From positions 1-50,655 of the forward strand of contig JACRKZ010000060.1 of assembly GCA_016235455.1 (NCBI GenBank): a stretch of 50,655 bases of DNA. Direction: 5' to 3'. Under the pieces are notes generated by a model, which worked only from the letters and a program-made list of their open reading frames with translations, ran no database searches and was not told the DNA's origin. The position numbers were made by a program, and so were the translations under genes. Shown in pieces: positions 1-7,531 of this stretch (its first letter is position 1; each line of letters opens with the position of its first letter). Source of the DNA: Armatimonadota bacterium (GTDB taxonomy: Bacteria; Armatimonadota; UBA10988).

Positions 1-1033
1 CGTGGATGTCCACGCCGAACGCGCACGAGGTGACCGCGTCGTCGAACCGGCAGCCGGCCTGCAGGTCGGCCAGCGTCAGGTAGTAGCGCCCGCGCACCCG
101 CCGCGCCTCGCGCACACCCCGGCTGGCCGCGGTATGCGCGAGTGTAACCTGCTCGAGGCCGGGAAGGTGTCTGAACACCTCCACCGCTTGCGCCGCCTGC
201 TGGCGACAGGCGACCGTGCCCGCGGTCAGGTCGGCGGGGTCCAGCGGGTTGAGCCGGTAGACATGGGTTAACTGCACATCGGCGGTGCCCGGCGCGGGGG
301 TGTTGATGATCCAGGGCGCGTAGTTGCAGCGTTCGATGGGCAGCACCATGTCGAGGCCATGCTCGGCGATGGCGCCGGCCATGGCGTCGTAGAGCTGCTC
401 GGCCGACTGCTGCTCCCAGGCGGTGATGCCGCGGATCTCGAACATCAGCGTCATGGGCTGGGTCAGCCCGTCGCGCTCGCGGCCCAACTCATAGGGACAA
501 CCGGCGCGCGCAGCCAGGTCGCCGTCGCCGGTGGCATCGATGCAGACGCGCGCGGTGACCGCCTCGCGGCCAGCCTTGCTCTCCAGGATGGCGCCACGCA
601 CGCGGCCGTCTTCGACGACCGCGTCCGCCACCAGCGTGCCATAGAGCAACTCGACGCCGGACTCGGCCAGCATCGCCTCCAGCGTGCGGCGCATGGCCTC
701 CGTGTCGAAACAGTGGGCAAACAGCCAGCGCCGCCAGGCGCCGGCCGATTCGAGGCGCGCGCGCAGCTCGTCCACCACCCAGCCGCGGCCGTAGGGCTCG
801 AAGAACGGGTTGAGCAGGCCGGCGGTCCAGACGCCGCCGGGCTCTCCCCAGCGCTCGCACAGCAACACGCGCGCCCCTTCGCGAGCGGCGGCCAGCGCGG
901 CGCCGAGCCCGGCCGGGCCCGCGCCGCAGACCAGCACGTCGACGTCAGCGCGTAGCGGCGTGCGCCGTGGCGCCTCCAGCACCGCGCCCGGCTCGATGCG
1001 CATGCCGTGCACCTCATCGCGCTTGACTGTCAT
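1..1033 (-). CDS. FAD-dependent oxidoreductase (PF12831-like), 3' end runs off the window
   Basis: Not in the ORF track because it has no stop inside the window. Manual translation from ATG 1033 gives MTVKRDEVHGMRIEPG...DVDVLVCGAGPAGLGAALAAAREGARVLLCER.GEPGGVWTAG (Rossmann GxGxxG), later IDATGDGDLA and GVREARR. RBS GAGGAGG just upstream. Confidence 0.9.
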   Translation of the reverse strand, partial: MTVKRDEVHGMRIEPGAVLEAPRRTPLRADVDVLVCGAGPAGLGAALAAAREGARVLLCERWGEPGGVWTAGLLNPFFEPYGRGWVVDELRARLESAGAWRRWLFAHCFDTEAMRRTLEAMLAESGVELLYGTLVADAVVEDGRVRGAILESKAGREAVTARVCIDATGDGDLAARAGCPYELGRERDGLTQPMTLMFEIRGITAWEQQSAEQLYDAMAGAIAEHGLDMVLPIERCNYAPWIINTPAPGTADVQLTHVYRLNPLDPADLTAGTVACRQQAAQAVEVFRHLPGLEQVTLAHTAASRGVREARRVRGRYYLTLADLQAGCRFDDAVTSCAFGVDIH

Positions 1034-1047
1034 GGCATCCTCCTCGG

Positions 1048-3096
1048 TCATCGCCGCGCCGCCAGGAAGTCGGCCAGCGCGTAGGTCTCGGCGTTGATCG
1101 CGCTCATGCGCGCCAGCAGCGGCGCATACGGCACGCCGTCGGCATTGCACATGCCCTTGTTGGCGCCGCCGGCGTTGTCCAGCGCCGTGGCGGTCGAGGG
1201 GTCGTCCGTGTATTTGAACCAGTGCCAGCCCACGACATTAGGCTGCTCCAGGGCGCCGAGCACGAAATGCTGGTAGAAGGCGGCGCGGTCTTCCTGCGTC
1301 CGCACCAGCCAGCCCGCGCCGTGCGTGTTGGCCAGGTCCTTGGCGTCGAGGGCCTTGGCATACCACTCGGTGAAGATCACCGGCTTGTCGCACCACCGGG
1401 CCCAGGCGGCCAGTTCGTCCGGGTCGGGTCCCCACTGGCTGTAGTAGTTGACCGACACCACATCGTGGTAGCGGCCCAACATGCGCCACAGATAGGGGTT
1501 GTCGAACTCGCCGCTGCGGTAGTTGAGCCGCGAGCCCAGGTACAGGTGGTTCGGGTCGTAGCGGCGGATAGCCTTGGTGACCACCTGGTAGTACCGCTCG
1601 AAGGCATAGGCGATGAACTCATAGCGGTCGCGCTGGGTGATGGGCGCGTCCGCTCCACCGGGCCGCCTGGCCAGCCAGGCCTTGGCCGCGACGACATTGG
1701 CCGCCAGATCCGTCTTGGCCGGGTCGCTGGCCAGGAAGCGGTCGAGCATGTCCGTCGGGCACTGGATCTCGTTATCGGTCATGATGCCCAGCAGGCGCGG
1801 ATCGTTGGCGGTGTCGGCCAGAGCGGCGCCGTAGCGATCACAGAAGGCCTCGAACTCGGGGTGGAAGACGGGCATAGTCTTGTTGACGAAGCCCTGCGTG
1901 CCCGCCGCGGCCTCGACCAGCTTCTTCTCGCGGGCAAAGGCGAACATGAAGTCATGCCGCCGCACCCAGACCAGGGGGTTGGCCACCGCGTTCAGGCGCG
2001 TCGACGACCAGTTGCCCAGCCCGTTGAAGCCCGCGGCGCGGAGCTGGTCGGTGATGGCCTGCGCCGCCTTGGCGTCGTCGCCCAGCCGCGCCACGACGGC
2101 CTTGGGCGGCTGCACAGCGTTGACCGCCACATGCAGGAACAGATGCCCCTCGGGATCAACCAGCCAACTGCGTCCGTCGATCTTCGTCACGCCAAAGAAG
2201 CCCTTGGTCGGCTGCCGGGGCCGGTCGGTGCGGCCGCCGTAGGCATCGGTGGGCACCTTCCGCGCGCCGACACGGTAGCCGTCGAGCAGTTCCAGCAGCC
2301 GTGTGGGACGAGCGCGCCAGGGCGACGGCCCGGGCGTGTTGCCATGCGTCTCCACGGTCACCGTGCCGTCGCGCCACCGGGTCGTGGGCCGGGCCTCGTC
2401 CGGCCCATAGGCTGCGCGTGTGGCCTTGGCATAGTCGCCCAGCTCCTGGGCCGAGAGCACACGGTCATAGAGACGAAGCTCGCCGATGCGTCCGCGCAGG
2501 CCGGGCTTGCCGCCCAGGCCCCGGCCCATGAGCAGTGGCTGGTCGCCCAATGCCACATCGCCCCGGGCCGGCTCTTCGGCCACCGCCTGGCCGTTGACAT
2601 AGAGCCGCGCCGTCGCCCCGTCATACGTGGCTCCGAGGCAGGTCCAAGCGCCGATGGGCAGCTCATCGGGCGCGGTGACCAGCACCTTGCCCCGACCTTG
2701 GTCGAGGAACATGCCAAACACCGCCCGCCGGTCGACGAGGCTGATGCCCAGACCCGGCGTGGTCCAGCTTGGCGTGGGATGCGGCACACCGAAGACAACG
2801 GTCTGCTGGCGCAGTGCGGCGGGCCTGACCCAGCACAACGCGGTGATCGCCTGGCGCAGCCCCAATGGCTGGCGCAGCGCGATGCTGACGCCGGCGTCGA
2901 TCTCATCCAGCGATAGGACCTGCCCGCCCGGCTCGGCGGCCAGCATGCCGAACTCGATGCGGCCGTCGTTGCCTCGGCCCGAGCCGTCGCGGACGGTCTG
3001 GCCGTCACTCGCGACGAACGACCACTGGCCGACGAGACCGGGCTCGGCGGCGACGGCCAGGCTGGCGGCGAGGCCGAGGAGAGTGAGGATGCGCAT
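1048..3096 (-). CDS. Secreted LamG-like jellyroll + GH50/agarase-like TIM-barrel glycoside hydrolase
   Basis: Signal peptide MRILTLLGLAASLAVAA. LamG motifs (WTCLGATYDG..LYVNG, GRIGELRLYDRVLS). GH50-like motifs GFF.V.KIDGRSWLVDPEG, GFNGLGNWS, DNE, YLGSR, DVVSVNYY, KPVIFTEW, VGWHWFKY. Confidence 0.75.
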   Translation of the reverse strand: MRILTLLGLAASLAVAAEPGLVGQWSFVASDGQTVRDGSGRGNDGRIEFGMLAAEPGGQVLSLDEIDAGVSIALRQPLGLRQAITALCWVRPAALRQQTVVFGVPHPTPSWTTPGLGISLVDRRAVFGMFLDQGRGKVLVTAPDELPIGAWTCLGATYDGATARLYVNGQAVAEEPARGDVALGDQPLLMGRGLGGKPGLRGRIGELRLYDRVLSAQELGDYAKATRAAYGPDEARPTTRWRDGTVTVETHGNTPGPSPWRARPTRLLELLDGYRVGARKVPTDAYGGRTDRPRQPTKGFFGVTKIDGRSWLVDPEGHLFLHVAVNAVQPPKAVVARLGDDAKAAQAITDQLRAAGFNGLGNWSSTRLNAVANPLVWVRRHDFMFAFAREKKLVEAAAGTQGFVNKTMPVFHPEFEAFCDRYGAALADTANDPRLLGIMTDNEIQCPTDMLDRFLASDPAKTDLAANVVAAKAWLARRPGGADAPITQRDRYEFIAYAFERYYQVVTKAIRRYDPNHLYLGSRLNYRSGEFDNPYLWRMLGRYHDVVSVNYYSQWGPDPDELAAWARWCDKPVIFTEWYAKALDAKDLANTHGAGWLVRTQEDRAAFYQHFVLGALEQPNVVGWHWFKYTDDPSTATALDNAGGANKGMCNADGVPYAPLLARMSAINAETYALADFLAARR

Positions 3097-3113
3097 GGCT
3101 GGCTCCGACCGCC

Positions 3114-3145
3114 GATTCGCCGGGTCCGCTGGGTGTCCTCTGGCC
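3114..3145 (-). promoter_or_regulatory. Putative alternative-sigma promoter GGCCAGAGGA-N17-GAATC
   Basis: Same bipartite motif as at 10128 and 35868; ends 17 nt upstream of ATG 3096. Confidence 0.5.
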
Positions 3146-3244
3146 GCCAGGCCGACCGTGCCGGGCCGGATGAGCGGCGCGAACCGCTGGCGATGCTGAC
3201 GTGTGCCAAGCTGGTGCTTGGCGCTCCCAGTTGGGCTGCGCCGG

Positions 3245-4654
3245 TTACGAGGCGAGCTCGGGGAAGCCGAGCAGGTGACGACTGTAGCCACCCGCGCCCA
3301 GCACCAACTCGCGCAGGCCCGCGTCGAGGTCGGCGTCACGCACCACCAGGGGCGTCGTCTCGCCGTCGGCCCGGTCGAGGGCGAACTGCGCGGCTTTGCG
3401 CAACAGCTCCTTGATGAACGCGGGGCTGGCGCCGGCCAGGCGAGCGATGAGCACGTCGGGCTCGGCCAGTTCGAGTTGCAGGCCGCGGCCGTAGAGCTCC
3501 AGCAGTGCGCGCCGGCCGGCCTCGTCGGGCAACGGATACTCGATGGCCTGGTCGATGCGGCCCGGCCGCGAGGCAACCGCGGGCTCGATGGCCTCGGGGC
3601 GGTTGGTGGTCAGCAGGAACAGGATCTCCACATCGGGCTCGATGCCGTCCATCTCGTTGAGGAGTTGGTGCAGCGTGACCTGGTCGCCCGGGCTGCGCTG
3701 GGCCTCGCGTGGCGCGGCGATCAGGTCGACGTCCTCGAGGATCACCAGCGACGGAGCCAGGAGCCGGGCCATCTGGCAGACTGCCTTGATCGCCCCCAGC
3801 TGCTCGGCGGACACGAGGAACACCGTCGCGCCGTCGAGCTGGGTGGCCAGCCACATGGCCGTGAACGTCTTGCCCGTGCCCGGCGGGCCGTAGAGCAGCA
3901 GGCCGCGCTTGGCCGACTGGCCGACACGCCGCAACTGCTCCGCGTGGGCAAAGAAGCCGACCGTGTTGCGCAGCAGTAGCGCCTTGGTCTCGGGCGGCAG
4001 GATCACCGCCTCGGTGGCCACCGGGGCCAGCCGGTGGAAGCGCAGGCCGGCCTGGCCACTGCGTCCGTACTGGTCGCCCTGGCACTCGAACGAGATGACC
4101 CGGCCGCGGTAGATATTGTCCTGGACCGCGAGTTGGCGCAGCTCATCGAACATGACCTGGCCGGCATCGCCCGGCACGGCCATGACTTCCAGGAACAGGC
4201 CGCGTCCGAACTGGTCGGCGTAGATGTGGACGACCGCGCGCGACTCCGCGGCGGTGACCAGGTAGACCGCGCTGGTCGGGCAGCGCCGGGGCTCGCCGAA
4301 GCCGACGTCGACATCATCGTAGCCGACGCCGCAGGTCGTCGCGCCCAGGTAGGCCGAGCGGTCGGTCAGCGCCCGCAACGACTGGTTCATCGGCTGTTGC
4401 GATTGGTAGCCGACCAGCTCGAAGCGAGCCTTGTTCCTGGTGCACCAGCTCTCGACGGCGCGGTGCAGGTTGGGCAGCTCAAGCGCGGCGTAACGGCGCC
4501 CCACGAGCGTCAACGCGGCAGGGTCGGCGCCAAGGAAGCGCTCCAGGCGCACGCCCAGCAAGTTGCGCTGACTCCTGCGCCGCAGGCGAGCCACCAGCCA
4601 GGCCCCCGCGCCGACCAGCGCGACTCCCGCCACCAGCCCCACAGCGAATCCCAT
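3245..4654 (-). CDS. Membrane-anchored AAA+ ATPase (single AAA module, BCS1-like Walker B)
   Basis: N-terminal TM helix plus basic patch. Walker A GPPGTGKT, Walker B LVILEDVD, LLNEMDG, SRH TTNRPEAIEPAVASRPGRID. Confidence 0.85.
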   Translation of the reverse strand: MGFAVGLVAGVALVGAGAWLVARLRRRSQRNLLGVRLERFLGADPAALTLVGRRYAALELPNLHRAVESWCTRNKARFELVGYQSQQPMNQSLRALTDRSAYLGATTCGVGYDDVDVGFGEPRRCPTSAVYLVTAAESRAVVHIYADQFGRGLFLEVMAVPGDAGQVMFDELRQLAVQDNIYRGRVISFECQGDQYGRSGQAGLRFHRLAPVATEAVILPPETKALLLRNTVGFFAHAEQLRRVGQSAKRGLLLYGPPGTGKTFTAMWLATQLDGATVFLVSAEQLGAIKAVCQMARLLAPSLVILEDVDLIAAPREAQRSPGDQVTLHQLLNEMDGIEPDVEILFLLTTNRPEAIEPAVASRPGRIDQAIEYPLPDEAGRRALLELYGRGLQLELAEPDVLIARLAGASPAFIKELLRKAAQFALDRADGETTPLVVRDADLDAGLRELVLGAGGYSRHLLGFPELAS

Positions 4655-4674
4655 GACGTCGTCCCCTGGGAGCG

Positions 4675-4704
4675 AGTGTAGCCAGCGGCGATCGCGCCTG
4701 TCAA
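4675..4704 (-). promoter_or_regulatory. Sigma70-type promoter for the AAA ATPase
   Basis: Minus strand TTGACA-N18-TACACT, ending 20 nt before ATG 4654. Confidence 0.6.
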
Positions 4705-4718
4705 ACGGACGCGGCTGG

Positions 4719-6794
4719 CTACGGCTTGACCGCCACCCGCAGCGCCGTCACCGTCGCCCCAGCGCCGCGCACGTCCAGCCCCAGCTTGCCGCTGCTCAGG
4801 CCATACATGCGCCGCGAGAAGGCCCAGCGCTCACCCACGAAGCATTCGAGCATGGTGCCCACCACGAACGCCTGCACCTTCACTGGCCGGGTCAGGTCCA
4901 GCGCGCAGTGCTCGCGCGTCCAGGTCTGGCCGGGCGCGCTGAGCGTCAGCCGATCGGCGCCGGGCTCGATGGTCAGCATGTACGCCCGGCCGTCGTTCTG
5001 CTCGCGGAAGGCCACGGTCAGCGTGCTGGCCGGCTCGAAGGCCACCTCGGCCTCGAGGTAGTAGCTGGCCGGCACATCGAACCGGCAGGTGGAGCCCGGC
5101 CGGCTGGCGCGCGCGGTCAGCTTCCCGGCGTCCATGCGCCAGACCGCGCCGTTGGCGTGCAACTCGGGGTTGGCGTCGGCCAGCGTCGACACGGTCTGGC
5201 TGAAAGCCGCCACCGCCTCGCGCACGGGCCGGCAGTAGAGCTGGCCGGCGTCGCCCGCCACGAGTTCGCGCGGCAGACACTGGTAGCCGCCCCACGAGCC
5301 CTCGCCGCTGTCGCTCAGCACGCCGTCCGCGCCGGGCTGGCCATCCCAGGCCCAGCCGGTCCAAATGTGCCGCTGCCCGTCGAACTGCCGCTTGCCCGCA
5401 TAGACGCCCGGCCGGTCGATGACGTTCTGCGCCGGCGCGTGCCACGGGCCGCGCGGATTGTCGGCGGACAGGTAGTGGTCGCCACCGATCAGGTACCAGG
5501 TGTTGCCGATGCGGAAGACATCGGGGCACTCCTGCCCACCGGCACCGGCCAGCGGCGGCTGCGCGGTCCAGGTCTTCAGGTCCGGGCTGGTCATCAGCCC
5601 CTGCACGCCGGCGTGGGTCTTGGCGTCGTTGGCGAAGACCACCATCCAGAAGCACTTCTCGACCTCGTTGTAGAACACATACGGGTCGCGCCAATCGCGC
5701 GTGCGCGGCTCCTTGGCGTAGATCACACCGTCCGGCGCCACGGTCACCTCGGGCTGCTTGGTCCAGGTCAGCGTGTCGCGGCTGGTGGCCAGGCGCACGA
5801 CCTCCAGCCCAGCGGGATTGCTCGGGTTGTGCCCGGTGTACCAGGCATAGAACGTGCCGTCGTGCTCCATCACCGAGCCGGTGAACATATGCCCGCCATC
5901 AGGCCCGTCGGCCGCGCCATCGGAGCGCAGCGCCGTAGGCAGCTCCTCCCAGGTCAACAGATCGCGGCTGCGCACATGCTGCCACGGGCACCAGCCCACC
6001 TCGCCCTGCAGGTAGAAGACGTGGTAGGCGCCTTGGGCGAACAGCGGGATGGGGTCGGCAAAGCAACCGACCCGGGGCCGGTAGTGGATGGGTGAGGTGA
6101 ACCGCCGCCCGGCGGGCGTGATGGCATAGGCGCGCTTGCCGTCGAGCACCAGCTTCCCATCGCGCACCACCGCGCCGTCGTGCAACTCGGCATCGGGGAA
6201 GGTACCGCGGCGGTCACGCACCACCGGCTCGTCGAACGTCCACCAGCCCAGCGGGTTGCTGGCGCGCACGTCGCCCGGCGTGAGCGCCCGCAGTTCGTCG
6301 ACGGTCAGGGCCCGCGCATAGACCCGCGCCTCGTCGATGCTGCCGGCAAAGTAGCAGTCGGGTCGACCAGCAGCGCGGTGCCGCAGGCCGAAGACGACGC
6401 TGGTGCCCGGCCCGAACGCCGCCGGTTGCTCCACCGTGCCCTGCGCCACCACCTCGTCACAGCGGTAGACGGTCACCTGCCGGCCGGCGTACACCGCGGC
6501 CAGGCGCACGGTCTGCCCGCTCGCGGTCTCCTGCGGCCAGGCCGCCTGATCCCTCGGCGTGCGGGCATAGCGGTCGCTGCCGGGCATCCACACGCGCGGC
6601 CGTATCTCGCCGTAGACCAGGCCGTCGAAACTGTCCATGCAGTCGAGCGTGAGCACGCTGCCGCCGCGCGAGTCGAGGTCGGCCACGCTGACCCAGACCA
6701 CCAGCGTCTTGTCGCGCATGACCGGCAGGTTGGGCTCGACGCTAAGGCCGGGCTCGACAGCGAGCAGCAGCAGTCCAGCAAGAGTGGTTATCAC
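4719..6794 (-). CDS. Secreted LamG-like domain + GH32 (beta-fructosidase clan GH-J) five-bladed propeller with C-terminal beta-sandwich
   Basis: GH32 catalytic motifs FADPIP (nucleophile), FTGSV, WRDPYVF (RDP) and ECPDVF (acid/base). LamG motif FAGSIDEARVYARALT. GTG start with GGAG RBS. Confidence 0.85.
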   Translation of the reverse strand: MITTLAGLLLLAVEPGLSVEPNLPVMRDKTLVVWVSVADLDSRGGSVLTLDCMDSFDGLVYGEIRPRVWMPGSDRYARTPRDQAAWPQETASGQTVRLAAVYAGRQVTVYRCDEVVAQGTVEQPAAFGPGTSVVFGLRHRAAGRPDCYFAGSIDEARVYARALTVDELRALTPGDVRASNPLGWWTFDEPVVRDRRGTFPDAELHDGAVVRDGKLVLDGKRAYAITPAGRRFTSPIHYRPRVGCFADPIPLFAQGAYHVFYLQGEVGWCPWQHVRSRDLLTWEELPTALRSDGAADGPDGGHMFTGSVMEHDGTFYAWYTGHNPSNPAGLEVVRLATSRDTLTWTKQPEVTVAPDGVIYAKEPRTRDWRDPYVFYNEVEKCFWMVVFANDAKTHAGVQGLMTSPDLKTWTAQPPLAGAGGQECPDVFRIGNTWYLIGGDHYLSADNPRGPWHAPAQNVIDRPGVYAGKRQFDGQRHIWTGWAWDGQPGADGVLSDSGEGSWGGYQCLPRELVAGDAGQLYCRPVREAVAAFSQTVSTLADANPELHANGAVWRMDAGKLTARASRPGSTCRFDVPASYYLEAEVAFEPASTLTVAFREQNDGRAYMLTIEPGADRLTLSAPGQTWTREHCALDLTRPVKVQAFVVGTMLECFVGERWAFSRRMYGLSSGKLGLDVRGAGATVTALRVAVKP

Positions 6795-6901
6795 GCGCGC
6801 GTCTCCAGTGGGTCAAGCGTGCCCGGCATGGGCAGGCGGAGTCAAGCACAGGCGCGCGCCGGCACTACACTGTCTGGCGTCGGAGTTGCTCTATGGTCCG
6901 T

Positions 6902-7477
6902 GTGAGGATCTTCGTGTGTGCCGTGCCGCTGCAGGCGCTGTGCGGCTGCCAACAGCCCACCAAGCCTCCGGCGCCCGTGGACACGGCGACACCAGCGCCT
7001 TCGCCCGTCGCCGCAACCGATCCGGCCCAACTGCCGCCGCGCGCGGGCCTGCCCAACTTCCATCGGGTCGAGGCCGGCATCTACCGCGGCGCCGCGCCGA
7101 CCGCGCAGGGCCTCAAGTCGCTGCGGGCAGTGGGCGTCAAGACGATCATCGACCTGCGCATCGAGAAAGCACGCCACCAGGCCAAGCGCGATGCCGAGGC
7201 CTTGGGCTTCCGCTGGGTCGGCCTGCCGATGGGCAAAGCGGCGCCCACCAAGCAGCAGGTCAACACGCTACTGACCACGCTGCGCGACGAGAGCAAGCAG
7301 CCGGTCTACGTGCACTGCCAGTACGGTGCCGACCGCACCGGCTGCATGATCGGTCTGTTCCGCGTCACGGTCCAGGACTGGTCGTTCGAGAAGGCCTGGG
7401 CCGAGATGCGACGCTACGGCTTCAAGACGTTCCTGACCGAGCAGAAAGAAACAGTGCGCAAGGCGGCGGCGAAGTAG
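6902..7477 (+). CDS. Lipoprotein protein-tyrosine/dual-specificity phosphatase (Siw14/PFA-DSP-like), copy 1
   Basis: PNFHRV..GIYRG, KTIIDLR, P-loop VHCQYGADRTG. Lipobox-like LCGC followed by a Pro/Ala linker. Start could be 6893 or 6902. Confidence 0.85.
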   Translation: MRIFVCAVPLQALCGCQQPTKPPAPVDTATPAPSPVAATDPAQLPPRAGLPNFHRVEAGIYRGAAPTAQGLKSLRAVGVKTIIDLRIEKARHQAKRDAEALGFRWVGLPMGKAAPTKQQVNTLLTTLRDESKQPVYVHCQYGADRTGCMIGLFRVTVQDWSFEKAWAEMRRYGFKTFLTEQKETVRKAAAK

Positions 7478-7480
7478 CCG

Positions 7481-7522
7481 GCTGCCACATGCCCGGCCGC
7501 GGCCGACCGGGCATGTGGCAGC
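7481..7522. terminator. Perfect 16-bp hairpin between convergent genes
   Basis: GCTGCCACATGCCCGG (7481-7496) pairs with CCGGGCATGTGGCAGC (7507-7522); no U-tract. Confidence 0.6.
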
Positions 7523-7531
7523 GCTACCGTT

